Source of the DNA: Oceanispirochaeta sp.
Lineage (GTDB): Bacteria; Spirochaetota; Spirochaetia; DSM-2461
DNA length: 64,000 bases
Direction: 5' to 3'
Assembly (NCBI GenBank): GCA_963663385.2
Contig: CAXXXD010000004.1
Coordinates: 352,001-416,000 of the forward strand
Notes under the pieces: generated by a model
The model's database searches: none
The model's input: the letters and a program-made list of their open reading frames with translations, nothing else
What the model was told of the DNA's origin: nothing
Part shown: positions 18,619 through 29,102 of the stretch, piece by piece
How the letters are laid out: each line of letters begins with the position of its first letter
How positions within the stretch are numbered: the stretch's first letter is position 1
Position numbers and translations under genes: made by a program

Positions 18619-20148
18619 TTGAGCGGTGAATCTGTAATTTACCATACCTCGGAAATTTGCTGTAGTCTGCATATAGACGGTCCAATGGAGACAACCCACT
18701 CGGGTCCTCTTTATATATTCAGAATTCTCTCAGGCGCCACTCTCTCAACACTGAAACTTGAAATTGATATCGAAAAGGATGACTCCGGTTGGTTCTGGTG
18801 GCCCAATAACGAAGGGGAACGGGGAAACCTGAGCGATATTTATACCCGCCTTGAAGATAAGGAAAACCAGACCAAAGGTGTTTCAGTCCTGTACCCTATC
18901 AGCGCTTCCTGCCGCACGATAATTATTGGTGATAGCGAGGGCGGGATAATTCTCAGTGCCATGCCCGATGAAAAGGGGAGGATCTCCCGTATCAATGTTA
19001 AAGCACCCTTTCATAACCGTGTATTCTTTACGGTAAAAAGCGGCCGGTCAAACTGGATTCTGACCCGTTTTTCCGGAGGTCCGGAAGATGCACTGGACTG
19101 GCTTGGAAAGATCATCCATAAGGTCAAATGGCCCCTCCCCGAAGAGAGTGAATTCCCCGGAAAGAACCTTCTTCAGGTTGGTCTGATTGGGCCGGATTAC
19201 GATTGCCTTGTCCCCAATGATGCAGGATTTAATGTGCTGGGAGATATTGCCGGTGTTATGAAAAAATGGCTGGGCCCCGGTAACTGGCTCCATGTATTCG
19301 GTTATGCTCATGGTCATGACATCCTTTACCCGGATTACACACCCTCCTCTTTTCTGGGAGGAGAGGAGCGCCTGAAAGAGGCTATTCATACGGTTCATCG
19401 AAAAGGCCAGAAAGTCAGTTTTTATATGAATCTGAGGATCGGCGACAAGAATCTGATAGATAATGATTTTGATTTGAAGAATGCTCTTTTTAAAGATCCC
19501 ATCGGGAAATCTGTGATTGAAAAAGCTCATGACCGCTCATTTTATGTGATGGATCCCCACTCGGAAGCCTGGAGGAACCGTGTGTTCAAGGAGGCGGAAC
19601 GTCTGGTCAGACTGGGGGCTGATGGTCTTGAGTTGAGCCATATCGGTCAGCAGTCTCTTCTTGTCCCTCTGGGTGAACAGTGGGGAGAGGGAATTAAGGT
19701 ACTGATGGACCGCATTCGTTCTCTGGGGGTAAAAATCTGGTATCGCGGTGGGAATGATCTTTATCCTGCTGATTGGCTTGAAATGAGCCGGGAAGAATAT
19801 GAAGTCGATTCAGACGGTCAGATCCATTGCGGCTGTAAAGTGGGCGAGTTTGATCCGCGGCTCTATATGACCCTTGTTCCCGGCCGCTCCTTTCTGGTTC
19901 CCCTCTCCCGTCTGAATACAATTCCCTTCCTTCCTCAGGACAGAATAATTAAGGATCTGGAAAATATCATGGGCGGTCTGTTTCTCTATGATGAAGAGTA
20001 TATGGAACGGATCGATATGATTCTGAAGCATTCCGCACAGGATGTAAGAGAAGAGGAGAATGCTTCCGGGGACGATGAAACGGTTGATTCTCCTGATACG
20101 GCTGAAATAGAAGAGCAGACAGAAAAAAATAATGTATCAGAACCCTGA
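18619..20148 (+). CDS. DUF6259-like TIM-barrel glycoside-hydrolase-like protein (TTG start)
   Basis: GHDILYPDY...LGGEERLKEAI...VSFYMN...MDP...W...LGADG; GGAGG SD. Confidence 0.6.
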   Translation: MSGESVIYHTSEICCSLHIDGPMETTHSGPLYIFRILSGATLSTLKLEIDIEKDDSGWFWWPNNEGERGNLSDIYTRLEDKENQTKGVSVLYPISASCRTIIIGDSEGGIILSAMPDEKGRISRINVKAPFHNRVFFTVKSGRSNWILTRFSGGPEDALDWLGKIIHKVKWPLPEESEFPGKNLLQVGLIGPDYDCLVPNDAGFNVLGDIAGVMKKWLGPGNWLHVFGYAHGHDILYPDYTPSSFLGGEERLKEAIHTVHRKGQKVSFYMNLRIGDKNLIDNDFDLKNALFKDPIGKSVIEKAHDRSFYVMDPHSEAWRNRVFKEAERLVRLGADGLELSHIGQQSLLVPLGEQWGEGIKVLMDRIRSLGVKIWYRGGNDLYPADWLEMSREEYEVDSDGQIHCGCKVGEFDPRLYMTLVPGRSFLVPLSRLNTIPFLPQDRIIKDLENIMGGLFLYDEEYMERIDMILKHSAQDVREEENASGDDETVDSPDTAEIEEQTEKNNVSEP

Positions 20149-21066
20149 AAGTCTGATGAGGAACTCCCCGTCATAACGTGTGATCAGAAACGGATCGGGC
20201 ATACCTGCTTTTCGTACCAGGAAGCTGTCCCTGTTTTCCTGGAGGATGGTCAGTTCAATCTGTTCCATCTCTGAATCCCTGAATCTCATGAGAACTGTAA
20301 AAACTCCTTCCCGGGGGGCTTCCGTGCCGGTTTCAGCGGACATTTCAAAATCCAGGCATCTAAGCCCTGCCGCTCTTTTTACAAAACTGTTCAACTCCCG
20401 GGAGTCCGGGATAATACCATTGGCATCCCGCCATTCATTCCCCTCTCTCTCAATGGTTTTCACCTCTCCCCCTTTCAGAAAAATGAGGGAATCCAGAGCC
20501 TCTGCCTGAAAGTCCAGAACCTGTTTATCCCGGAATGAGGACGGATCCTGTCTCAGCTTGTTCTGAAGGGTGCCCCTGACTGTGTAGATCGAAGGGGTAT
20601 TTTCCTTTTTCATATAATAGTAGTGTCCGGATGGGGTAGGGCTGCCCAGACAGAACACCACTTTATCTGTGTTGTACTGGAGTACCAGTTCAACCCTTTT
20701 TTCTTCGTTCAGCCCGAATGTCTTATCCGAATCACCCTCTGCTATAAGATCGACGGGCTGTATCAGGGCAATTTCCCGCAGAAGCGCCTCCATCCGCCCC
20801 CTGTCCGCCGGTCTGTCCAGCGGGAGTATCCGCCATTCCGTTTCTCCATCCGTTTCCGATTGTTCCAGTTCATATATTCTTTTCTGTCCGGTTGTATCGG
20901 TATATCTTACCTGAATCAGCATCGGAACCTGATTTTTCCTCCTGGACCAATCGGGAAGGGATCTGATCCCACGGGGTCCGGGCTGAAGGGCCAGAAAAAC
21001 GGCGCAGATTAAAACCAGCGCTGCCAGAACACCCAATTCAAGAATCTTCCGTTCTTCAGGCTTCAT
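20137..21066 (-). CDS. DUF4340-domain membrane-anchored protein
   Basis: N-terminal TM; WRI..PAD, FGL, LGSPTPSG..YY, FRDK; typical last gene of GldAFG-like operons. Confidence 0.8.
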   Translation of the reverse strand: MKPEERKILELGVLAALVLICAVFLALQPGPRGIRSLPDWSRRKNQVPMLIQVRYTDTTGQKRIYELEQSETDGETEWRILPLDRPADRGRMEALLREIALIQPVDLIAEGDSDKTFGLNEEKRVELVLQYNTDKVVFCLGSPTPSGHYYYMKKENTPSIYTVRGTLQNKLRQDPSSFRDKQVLDFQAEALDSLIFLKGGEVKTIEREGNEWRDANGIIPDSRELNSFVKRAAGLRCLDFEMSAETGTEAPREGVFTVLMRFRDSEMEQIELTILQENRDSFLVRKAGMPDPFLITRYDGEFLIRLSGF

Positions 21067-22957
21067 GGCTTTCCTCCTTACGGTCCCTCGTCATACCGGT
21101 TGAGAAGAGATACAGAATCTGTTTTTGCCGTCTTTTCCTTTTCAGATAAGCCGCGAATCCCGTAAGGGCTACAAGGAGCGGGAGGGCCGTGCGGTTGATT
21201 TCTCTGAAAAGTATTTTCCCCCTTGTGGAAATCTCATTCAGGGGATTGTAGCTCTGTCCCTTGGAGCGGAGCTCTGCGTTGTCCGCATTGCCGCAGAGGA
21301 GGTCCATCAGATTCAGAACCATCATGGCATTGGGAGTGTTCCCGTCTTCATCCATAAAACTGTCTTCCAGGTAGGCTGATGAACCGGCCAGGAAGAGGGT
21401 TCCCCTCTCCGTACCGCCTTCGGAAAGGGCAGCCAGCGGATAGGAGGCTCTCTCTTCTCCAGATGGAGGGTGTATTCTCATGGGATTATACAAGTTGATA
21501 TTTTCTTTCATAAGCCAGGATTTCCCGGAGGAGGAAAAAAGGACGGAGGTTCCTTCTCCTGCAATAACCGGTGCTGTGTTCAAAGCTATCAGCCCCTGAA
21601 GGTTATTCATAGCCGGACTGGACAGGTTGATACTCTTTTTGCCGATAACCGGGGCATAGTAGACAGGCAGTTCTGTCAGTTGTCCGTTATCATCCTGAAT
21701 ATACCGGGAAAAACAGGACTCATCCAGCACATAGGCGGAATCAATGCTCAGGCCGAAAGGTTCGGTAAGAGTCATCAGCCCTGTTGCCTCCGGGATATAT
21801 TCCGGCAGTTCTCCCCGGGACAGAGCCTCTTCCGGGGGAAGAAGGGTGCGGTGGCTATCCTGGAACAGAGCCAGGGAGCCTCCGTTACGGATAAAGCGGT
21901 TCAGATCTTCCAGTTCCTGTTTGCTGAACCTGTCTGACGCTCCGGCTATGACCAGGAGGGGAACCGCCGAACGGGAAATATCGGAAACCTTCAAAGGTCT
22001 GATATCATAGTTTTCCGAAATCAGACGGCTGAAATTATTCAATCCGCCTTCTCCATAGAGGGGGAGGGTTCCATGGCTGGTAAGATACCCCAGAGTCCCG
22101 CCTGTTCCGAGCATCAGAGGGATGGCTTCATTCAGAAAGTCTCCTATCTCTGCAGGGGAGGGGATGCTGAACTCCCCGGACTGCCGGGGGATAAGGTCTC
22201 TTGTATAGGACCGTCCATTGCCCCGGATTGTCAGTTCTGCCCGTATGGCGTTTCCGGGAAGAGTTTCCTGTCTGAAATCGATCCTGTTGTACCAGGCGGG
22301 GCCGAGTTCCTCTACAAGATCTTCTATAAGACGGGGATACTCTTTCAATCCATCATCCAGCTGAAAGAATGCCCGGGAGAGGCCCAGATTGACAGATATG
22401 TCCTCCTCCAGGTCCAGCAGTTGTCCCGACTGTCTTGTCAGTTTTCTTAAAGCGGATGTTATTTTATATTCCAGGTTGCTCTCCGGGTTCAGTACGGGAA
22501 TGGTAAGCTGTCTGTTCCCCTGAAGAAAGACAACCCCCATTCTGGCATTTATCAGTTTCAGTTCATCCCCCTGGATATCCTGGACCGCAAAAGCCGGAAT
22601 TCCGTACTCTTCGGCTCTGTCGTGCATCTCTGTATCCCCGGATCCGGAGACTTTCAGTATCTCATAACTGAAGTACCGGTTCTTCTCAAGAGCGTAGGTT
22701 TCCATAAGGTCTTCAATCCCCCTGACAAGATTCCCGTAGGGCTGCGGCAGATTCTCCGACAGGAAAAAACGCAGGGTGACGGGTTCTTCCAGATCCTCCA
22801 GAGCCTTGCGGCTTATATCAGACAGAGTGTAGACTTTTTTATCTGTCAGGTCCGCCCGCAGGGGATAGAGGGACGCTATCCTGTTTATCAGGAGTATCAG
22901 CACCAGAGTGAGGACAAGCCTGATAATCCTGTAAAGGGAGGGGCTAATTCTTATCAT
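21056..22957 (-). CDS. GldG-family ABC transporter auxiliary component
   Basis: RADLTDKKVYTLS, LEYKITSAL, GYLTSHG, C-terminal TM. Confidence 0.85.
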   Translation of the reverse strand: MIRISPSLYRIIRLVLTLVLILLINRIASLYPLRADLTDKKVYTLSDISRKALEDLEEPVTLRFFLSENLPQPYGNLVRGIEDLMETYALEKNRYFSYEILKVSGSGDTEMHDRAEEYGIPAFAVQDIQGDELKLINARMGVVFLQGNRQLTIPVLNPESNLEYKITSALRKLTRQSGQLLDLEEDISVNLGLSRAFFQLDDGLKEYPRLIEDLVEELGPAWYNRIDFRQETLPGNAIRAELTIRGNGRSYTRDLIPRQSGEFSIPSPAEIGDFLNEAIPLMLGTGGTLGYLTSHGTLPLYGEGGLNNFSRLISENYDIRPLKVSDISRSAVPLLVIAGASDRFSKQELEDLNRFIRNGGSLALFQDSHRTLLPPEEALSRGELPEYIPEATGLMTLTEPFGLSIDSAYVLDESCFSRYIQDDNGQLTELPVYYAPVIGKKSINLSSPAMNNLQGLIALNTAPVIAGEGTSVLFSSSGKSWLMKENINLYNPMRIHPPSGEERASYPLAALSEGGTERGTLFLAGSSAYLEDSFMDEDGNTPNAMMVLNLMDLLCGNADNAELRSKGQSYNPLNEISTRGKILFREINRTALPLLVALTGFAAYLKRKRRQKQILYLFSTGMTRDRKEESHEA

Positions 22958-23654
22958 TCAGAACCTCCCTGAGCAGGGTGAAGCTGACAAAGTCGGCAGA
23001 CAGAAAGTAGAGCAGGTCTCTTGTATCCAGTATACCCCTGGTAAAGCTGTCAAAGCGGGTATCCGTGCTTAATGTTTCGATCAGGATCCTTGCTTTACCG
23101 TTAAGCAGGACTCCCATCTCATCCAGTAAGGCAAAACTCAGGCAGATACCTGCGGAAAAGATAAAAGCCGTTACCTGACTGTCTGTCGCAGAAGAACAGA
23201 GCAGGCCGATTGCGGCACAGCTGCTCCCCAGTAACAGGGCGCCCGCATAACCTCCCCATACCGGCCCCCAGTCCAGTGTCCCGATAAGGGATATACACAA
23301 GGGGTAGGAGAGCGTCGGCAGGAGCATCAGGATCAGAAATATCAGTACCGCCAGGAATTTCCCCAGGATAATCCCCCCGGTGGAAAGGGGGAGGGTTTTA
23401 AGAATCTCATAATGCCCCGAGGCAGACTCTCCGGCAAACTGCCCCATGGTCAGGGCCGGGATAAGCAGTGCATAGGTAAGGGGCAGGATTGTAAAGAAGT
23501 CCCGCATATCCGCTCTGCCTGTCAGAAAGAAGGGAATAATGAAAAACCATCCGCTGAGAAGGAGGAACAGGATCCCCGTAATATAGGCCAGAGGAGAATT
23601 CAGATAGAGGCTCAGTTCCCTTTTGACAAGGGCTGTAACGGGATTAGTCTTCAT
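22944..23654 (-). CDS. ABC-2 permease, GldF-like
   Basis: RELSLYLNSPLAY, PALTM, LGKFLA, RGILDTRDLLYF; SD before ATG 23654. Confidence 0.88.
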   Translation of the reverse strand: MKTNPVTALVKRELSLYLNSPLAYITGILFLLLSGWFFIIPFFLTGRADMRDFFTILPLTYALLIPALTMGQFAGESASGHYEILKTLPLSTGGIILGKFLAVLIFLILMLLPTLSYPLCISLIGTLDWGPVWGGYAGALLLGSSCAAIGLLCSSATDSQVTAFIFSAGICLSFALLDEMGVLLNGKARILIETLSTDTRFDSFTRGILDTRDLLYFLSADFVSFTLLREVLNDKN

Positions 23655-24591
23655 ACAGTTCTCCCCCTGTTGCCTCACGGAATACATCCTCCAGGGACTT
23701 CTGCTGTTTTGTCATCCCCAGAAGAAGCCAGTCTTTCTTTTTAATAAGACTGTAGAGTTCCATGCGTATATCTTTTCGGGACTTAACTGAAATCAGGCAG
23801 TGTCCATTCCGGTTTTCTCCGGCAGACAGCTGCAGATCCAGAATCCCCTCCAGTTTACTTAAACCGTTCCGGAACTCCCCGGGCTCGGCTCCGGCCAGTT
23901 CCAGTTTGACCAGCTGTTCCCTGTCGTTCTGTCCCCTGAGCTGATCATGGGTCCCCTCTGCGACTATCCGTCCTCTGTTGATAATGGCTATCCTGTCGCT
24001 CACCGCCTCTGCCTCTCTCAGTATATGAGTTGATAATATGACAGTTTTATAACGTCCCAGTTCCCGCAGGAGTATCCGGAATTCCATGATCTGATTCGGG
24101 TCGAGACCACTGGCCGGTTCATCCAGGATAAGAATCTCCGGATCTCCTGTCAGGGCCGCCGCCAGTCCTACCCTCTGCCTGTATCCTTTGGAAAGGGATC
24201 TGATTGTCTGGTGCATAACCGATTCGATATTGCACAGGCCGCCTACCCTTTCGACTTCCTGAAGGATATCCCTGCTGTCAAGACCTTTCATCTCTCCCCT
24301 GTGCCAGAGGTAATCGAAGGCAAACATAGTATCAAGAAGGGGTGCTGACTCGGGAAGATACCCCAGCATTCTTTTGGCATATTGAGGCTTTTCAGCCATA
24401 TTGATGCGGTTCAGCAGAACCCGTCCGGATGACGGCTTGATACTCCCTGTCAGCATTTTAAGTGTGGTTGTTTTACCGGCGCCATTCGGTCCCAGCAGGG
24501 TCAGGATCTCCCCTTTTTCTACTGTGAGAGTCAAATCCTTAACAGCTTCCAGAGGCCCGTAGTTTTTTGAAAGCTGCTGTGCTTCTATCAT
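23644..24591 (-). CDS. ABC transporter ATP-binding protein, GldA-like
   Basis: GPNGAGKTT, LSKGYRQRVG, ILDEP, STH. Confidence 0.93.
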   Translation of the reverse strand: MIEAQQLSKNYGPLEAVKDLTLTVEKGEILTLLGPNGAGKTTTLKMLTGSIKPSSGRVLLNRINMAEKPQYAKRMLGYLPESAPLLDTMFAFDYLWHRGEMKGLDSRDILQEVERVGGLCNIESVMHQTIRSLSKGYRQRVGLAAALTGDPEILILDEPASGLDPNQIMEFRILLRELGRYKTVILSTHILREAEAVSDRIAIINRGRIVAEGTHDQLRGQNDREQLVKLELAGAEPGEFRNGLSKLEGILDLQLSAGENRNGHCLISVKSRKDIRMELYSLIKKKDWLLLGMTKQQKSLEDVFREATGGELYED

Positions 24592-24756
24592 ATTGAGTTA
24601 ACCTCTTCTCCCTTTTGCGGATTCTATATGAAAAAATACCTTTACTGGAAAGAAGTTACAATGTGGATTCGGGGGAAGAATACGCTTTTTCTGGATTGTG
24701 GTTGTAAAATAGGATATATTATAGATATATGGTTTTTTGTATATAAGGAGCAGTGC

Positions 24757-25281
24757 ATGAAAATAAAAATACTATTTGCAGGACTTATGACTATATTGGT
24801 TTTAAGCGCCCTCTCTGCCGAGACCTATCCTCCCGAAGGATGGACTACGGATATTCTTGCGGCTATCGCCGAATCCGAGAAAACAGGAAAGGATATTCTT
24901 CTGAACTATACGGGTTCCGACTGGTGTGTATGGTGTCACCGGCTGCGGGACGAAGTTTTTGATACGGGAACATTTAAATCCTATGCCGAAGAGAATCTGA
25001 TTCTTGTTTTTCTGGACTTTCCCAACAGTATTGATCAAAGCAAAGAACTGGTTGAACAGAATCAGACCATGGCCAGTCTGTTTGGTGTGCAGGGATTCCC
25101 CACTATCTGGCTGATGGATTCCGAACAGGTTCCCGTTCTTCAGACCGGATACCTGGAGGGGGGGGCCGAAGCTTTTATCAGGACCCTCGAAACTAACAGG
25201 GTTGATCTGGATGAGGCAAAACGCCTGGAATTTCAAACCATTGTACGGGAAGGAATAAGGGGGAATATCGGGACCTGGTAG
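24757..25281 (+). CDS. Secreted thioredoxin-family protein
   Basis: AAGGAG SD; signal peptide; YTGSDWCVWC; VQGFPT. Confidence 0.88.
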   Translation: MKIKILFAGLMTILVLSALSAETYPPEGWTTDILAAIAESEKTGKDILLNYTGSDWCVWCHRLRDEVFDTGTFKSYAEENLILVFLDFPNSIDQSKELVEQNQTMASLFGVQGFPTIWLMDSEQVPVLQTGYLEGGAEAFIRTLETNRVDLDEAKRLEFQTIVREGIRGNIGTW

Positions 25282-25335
25282 CCTCAATGTTATTTATGAC
25301 TAAAAAAGAAATGGTGCAATAATTATCAATAAAAA

Positions 25336-25365
25336 TTGGACGACTCTCTCATATCGTTATATAAT
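25336..25365 (+). promoter_or_regulatory. sigma70-type promoter of second hydrogenase operon
   Basis: TTGGAC-18nt-TATAAT; weak Rex-like site TGGTGCA-ATAA-TTATCAA at 25312-25329. Confidence 0.55.
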
Positions 25366-25465
25366 AATAAACAGCCGACAGTCCCACCTTATTCTGCTGA
25401 GACGCCCGTCTCATTCCGCATAACGGCTTTATTTTACTCACAACATAACTATGAGGAGTTGATCC

Positions 25466-26005
25466 ATGGAACCATTGGTAGACCGAAGGATCCGTTCTGA
25501 CCAGGAAAACTCAGATTTCCCGGTCCCTGCGGATATCATTCCTCAGCTTGATGATATTATCAGGCGTTACAACGAGACAGAAGGCGCCCTCATACCGGTA
25601 TTGCAGTCTGCTCAGAATCTACTGGGGTATCTGCCCCGGGAAGTTCTCCTGCATATCAGCGAACAGCTGAAAATCCCCTATAGTGAAGTGACAGGTGTTG
25701 TTTCCTTCTACTCTTTCTTCTCTACCGTACCCAGGGGCAGGCATATTGTCAGAGTCTGTCTTGGTACGGCCTGTTATGTAAGGGGCGGGAAGGAAGTTCT
25801 CAGTGCCCTGGAAAAGCAGCTTGGCATCAAAGTGGGAGAAACAACGGAAGACCGTTTCTTCTCCCTTGAGGTGGGGCGCTGTTTCGGAGCCTGCGGGCTG
25901 GCTCCGGTGGTTATGGTGGATGATAATGTTCATCAGCGGGTAAAACCATCCAGGGTGAAAGACCTGCTGGCCGGTTACAGGGAGGAGGCGGAAAATGAGT
26001 CATAG
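25466..26005 (+). CDS. hydC: NuoE-like [2Fe-2S] subunit HydC of hydrogenase 2
   Basis: VCLGTACYVRG ... GRCFGACGLAP. Confidence 0.93.
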   Translation: MEPLVDRRIRSDQENSDFPVPADIIPQLDDIIRRYNETEGALIPVLQSAQNLLGYLPREVLLHISEQLKIPYSEVTGVVSFYSFFSTVPRGRHIVRVCLGTACYVRGGKEVLSALEKQLGIKVGETTEDRFFSLEVGRCFGACGLAPVVMVDDNVHQRVKPSRVKDLLAGYREEAENES

Positions 26006-29000
26006 AATTCAATCCCCCCGTTACTGGGATATTTTCAGAAATAATCTGCTGAGGAATCGGGAAACCCCTGAAGCCGGGAAGGAGATCCGCATTTGTACGG
26101 GAGGAGGCTGTATCGCGTCGGGAGCCCTTGAACTGAAACGCTGCCTGCAGGATTCCCTTAAAAGGGAAGGTATGGATATCCCTATAAAGGAAACCGGTTG
26201 TATGGGACCCTGCGCTCACGGTCCTGTGGTCAATATTCAGCCGGATAACATCTACTACCGGGCTCTGACTCCCGATGATGTTCCCCGGATTGTTGTAGAG
26301 CATCTGAAGGAGGGGATTCCTGTTGAAGGGCTTTTAATGGATAGGGGGATTACAGATTCTCCCATCGAAGAAAAGATCGTTTTGAGAAACTGCGGGAGAA
26401 TCGATCCTCTTGATATCAGAGATTATATTGCCGAAGGAGGGTATTCCGCGCTGGCCCGGCTGCTGAATGAGAATACTTCCGGGGAGCAGATGGTGGAAAC
26501 ACTGAAAAAGTCCGGATTGAGAGGACGCGGCGGAGCCGGGTTTCCTGCCTGGATGAAGTGGAATTTTACCCGCACCGCAGAGGGGGATGAGAAGTTTGTT
26601 CTCTGTAATGGTGATGAGGGAGACCCCGGAGCCTTTATGGACCGCAGTGTTCTGGAAGGAGATCCCCACAGCCTTATTGAAGGGATGACCATCGCAGCTC
26701 TGGCAACAGGAGCAAATCGTGGGTTCGTTTATGTCCGGGCGGAATACCCTCTGGCTGTCTCCCGGCTGGAAAAGGCTCTGGAGCAGGCCAGGGAGTACGG
26801 CTTAACCGGTCAGTGTATCATGGGGACTGATTTCTCCCTGGATCTGGAAATCCGTATGGGTTCCGGGGCCTTCGTCTGCGGAGAGGAGACCGCCCTGATC
26901 AGCTCCATAGAGGGAAAACGGGGTGAACCCCGTCCCAGGCCGCCCTTTCCGGCGCAGAAGGGACTGTGGGGGAAACCCAGTCTTCTGAATAATGTGGAAA
27001 CCTATGCCAATGTGCCGGCAATTTTTGAAAAGGGGCCGGACTGGTATGCCTCTTTCGGTACGGAGAAAAGCAGGGGAACCAAAGTATTTGCCCTGGCCGG
27101 CTCCATCGAGAATACGGGCCTGGTGGAAGTCCCTATCGGAACGCCCCTGGGTGACCTGGTCTTCGAAGTGGGGGGCGGTATAAAAGGAGGGAAGAACTAT
27201 AAGGCCGCACAGATCGGAGGACCTTCGGGCGGATGTATTCCTCTGGAGCATCTGAATGTTCCTCTTGAGTATGATGCCCTGAAGGAGCTGGGAGCCATTA
27301 TGGGTTCCGGCGGCCTGATTGTGATGGACGATGACTCCTGTATGGTTGATGTAGCCCGGTTCTTTCTGGAATTTGTTCAGGAAGAATCCTGCGGGAAGTG
27401 TGTTCCCTGTCGTGTGGGGACCAAACGGATGCTGGAAATTCTGGAGAGGATTTCAAGGGGTGACGGTCAGGAAGGGGATATTGAAAAGCTTATAGAGCTG
27501 GGAGAGAGTATCCGGGACACCGCGCTGTGCGGTCTTGGGCAGACCGCACCCAACCCCGTCCTGTCCACAATCCGCCACTTCCGGAAGGAGTATGAACAGC
27601 ATATCAGGGACAAACACTGTGAAGCCGGTGTGTGCCCCGGTCTGGTCCGGGCCCCCTGTCAGAGCGCCTGTCCCGCTTCGGTGGATGTTCCGGGTTTTAT
27701 ATCCCTTATCGCCGAGGGGCGTTACAGTGAAGCCCTGAAGCTGCACCGGGAAAGGAACCCCTTTGCCGGTGTCTGCGCCCGCGTCTGTTTTCACACCTGT
27801 GAAGAGCACTGCCGGCGCAGCTCTCTGGATGACCCTGTTTCTATCCGGGGGGTGAAGCGCTTTATGGTCGATCAGGAGGTCACCATACAGCTCCCCGCAA
27901 CACTGGAAAACCCTGAAAACAGGAGACGGAAGATCGCCATAGTCGGAGCCGGACCTGCCGGACTATCCTGCGCCTACTTTCTGGCAAGGATGGGTTACTG
28001 TCCGGATATCTTTGAAGCCTCCAGCCGGCCCGGAGGAATGCTGGTGCAGACTATTCCCGCCTATCGCCTTCCCCGGGAAACCCTGGCCAGAGAAATCCGG
28101 ATGATCGAAAATCTGGGTGTCTCCATTCAGACCGAAAGTATTATGGGCCGGGATTTTACACTGGAATCCCTGAAGCAGGAGGGCTATGAAGCCGTGTTTA
28201 TCGGAATCGGCGCCCCCCAGAACCTTTCCATGGGACTCTCCGGGGAAGAGGCTGACGGGGTCGTTCAGGCCGTCCCGTTTTTAAAGGAGTATAATATCCG
28301 GGGATCCGTAGCAGTGGGGCGCCATGTGGTTGTTATCGGAGGCGGGAATGCGGCAATCGATGCGGCCCGTACCGCCATCCGTCTGGGCGCGGAATCTGTA
28401 AAGATTATTTACAGGAGAAGTCAGGATTCCATGCCCGCTTATGAGGAGGAGATTCAGGATGCCCTGGAGGAAGGGGTAGAACTCCATTGTCTGGTGCAGC
28501 CTCTGGAATTCCTTAAGAATGAGTCCGGTTCGGTAACAGCTGTGAAATGCCTGCCCATGTCATTGGGCGGGTTTGACCGTTCCGGAAGAAGGGCTCCCGC
28601 AGATGCCGGGTATACTCCTCATATTATTGATACCGACCAGGTTATTATCGCAATAGGCCAGAGACTGGATCCCAACGCTGTGTTCAAGGGAAGCTCTCCT
28701 GTGCTGAATAACCAGGGATTTATCCAGTCCGATCCTGTTACAGGCGCAACCTCCCTTCCCGGTGTCTTTGCTGGAGGCGATGTTCAGGAGGGGCCCTCCT
28801 CTGTTGTTAAAGCCATTGCCGCAGGGGAACGGAGCGCCGTGGGAATCGACTTGATGCTGAGTGGTGAGAAGCATGCCTTCTGGCGATGGGAACAGCCTCT
28901 TGATACATACTTTGATCCTGACGCGGATCCCGTGGGATACCCGAGGGAGAAGATCCCGGTCCTGTGTTCGGAGAAGCGGCGGTACAGCTTTGATGAGGTG

Positions 29001-29102
29001 GAACGCCCCTGGAATGAGCATACCGCCATACGTCAGGCCAAGCGCTGCCTGCGCTGTGATTACGGTAAGAATATCCGTGTAAAGGAGGAGAGTCATGCCT
29101 GA
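25995..29102 (+). CDS. hydB: HydB (NuoF-like) fused to GltD/NfnB-like FAD/NAD(P)H oxidoreductase domain, 1035 aa
   Basis: SGLRGRGGAGFP, DEGDPGAFMDR, GGPSGG, ESCGKCVPCR; then APCQSACP, CARVCFHTCEEHC, GAGPAG, GGGNAAID..YRRS, FAGGD, AKRCLRC. Confidence 0.93.
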   Translation: MSHRIQSPRYWDIFRNNLLRNRETPEAGKEIRICTGGGCIASGALELKRCLQDSLKREGMDIPIKETGCMGPCAHGPVVNIQPDNIYYRALTPDDVPRIVVEHLKEGIPVEGLLMDRGITDSPIEEKIVLRNCGRIDPLDIRDYIAEGGYSALARLLNENTSGEQMVETLKKSGLRGRGGAGFPAWMKWNFTRTAEGDEKFVLCNGDEGDPGAFMDRSVLEGDPHSLIEGMTIAALATGANRGFVYVRAEYPLAVSRLEKALEQAREYGLTGQCIMGTDFSLDLEIRMGSGAFVCGEETALISSIEGKRGEPRPRPPFPAQKGLWGKPSLLNNVETYANVPAIFEKGPDWYASFGTEKSRGTKVFALAGSIENTGLVEVPIGTPLGDLVFEVGGGIKGGKNYKAAQIGGPSGGCIPLEHLNVPLEYDALKELGAIMGSGGLIVMDDDSCMVDVARFFLEFVQEESCGKCVPCRVGTKRMLEILERISRGDGQEGDIEKLIELGESIRDTALCGLGQTAPNPVLSTIRHFRKEYEQHIRDKHCEAGVCPGLVRAPCQSACPASVDVPGFISLIAEGRYSEALKLHRERNPFAGVCARVCFHTCEEHCRRSSLDDPVSIRGVKRFMVDQEVTIQLPATLENPENRRRKIAIVGAGPAGLSCAYFLARMGYCPDIFEASSRPGGMLVQTIPAYRLPRETLAREIRMIENLGVSIQTESIMGRDFTLESLKQEGYEAVFIGIGAPQNLSMGLSGEEADGVVQAVPFLKEYNIRGSVAVGRHVVVIGGGNAAIDAARTAIRLGAESVKIIYRRSQDSMPAYEEEIQDALEEGVELHCLVQPLEFLKNESGSVTAVKCLPMSLGGFDRSGRRAPADAGYTPHIIDTDQVIIAIGQRLDPNAVFKGSSPVLNNQGFIQSDPVTGATSLPGVFAGGDVQEGPSSVVKAIAAGERSAVGIDLMLSGEKHAFWRWEQPLDTYFDPDADPVGYPREKIPVLCSEKRRYSFDEVERPWNEHTAIRQAKRCLRCDYGKNIRVKEESHA

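Noticed and set aside
20137..24591. Gliding motility system
   Set aside because: GldAFG-like exporters with DUF4340 are widespread outside gliding bacteria; no other gld genes
25330..25435. T-box-like motifs on the minus strand (GCCGTTA...AATAAGGTGGGACT...CGTCC)
   Set aside because: No stem I/specifier (it would lie in hydC coding sequence), antiterminator pairing is poor, and there is no adjacent downstream minus-strand gene
27650..29102. Glutamate synthase small subunit
   Set aside because: The domain is fused in frame to HydB and there is no gltB nearby
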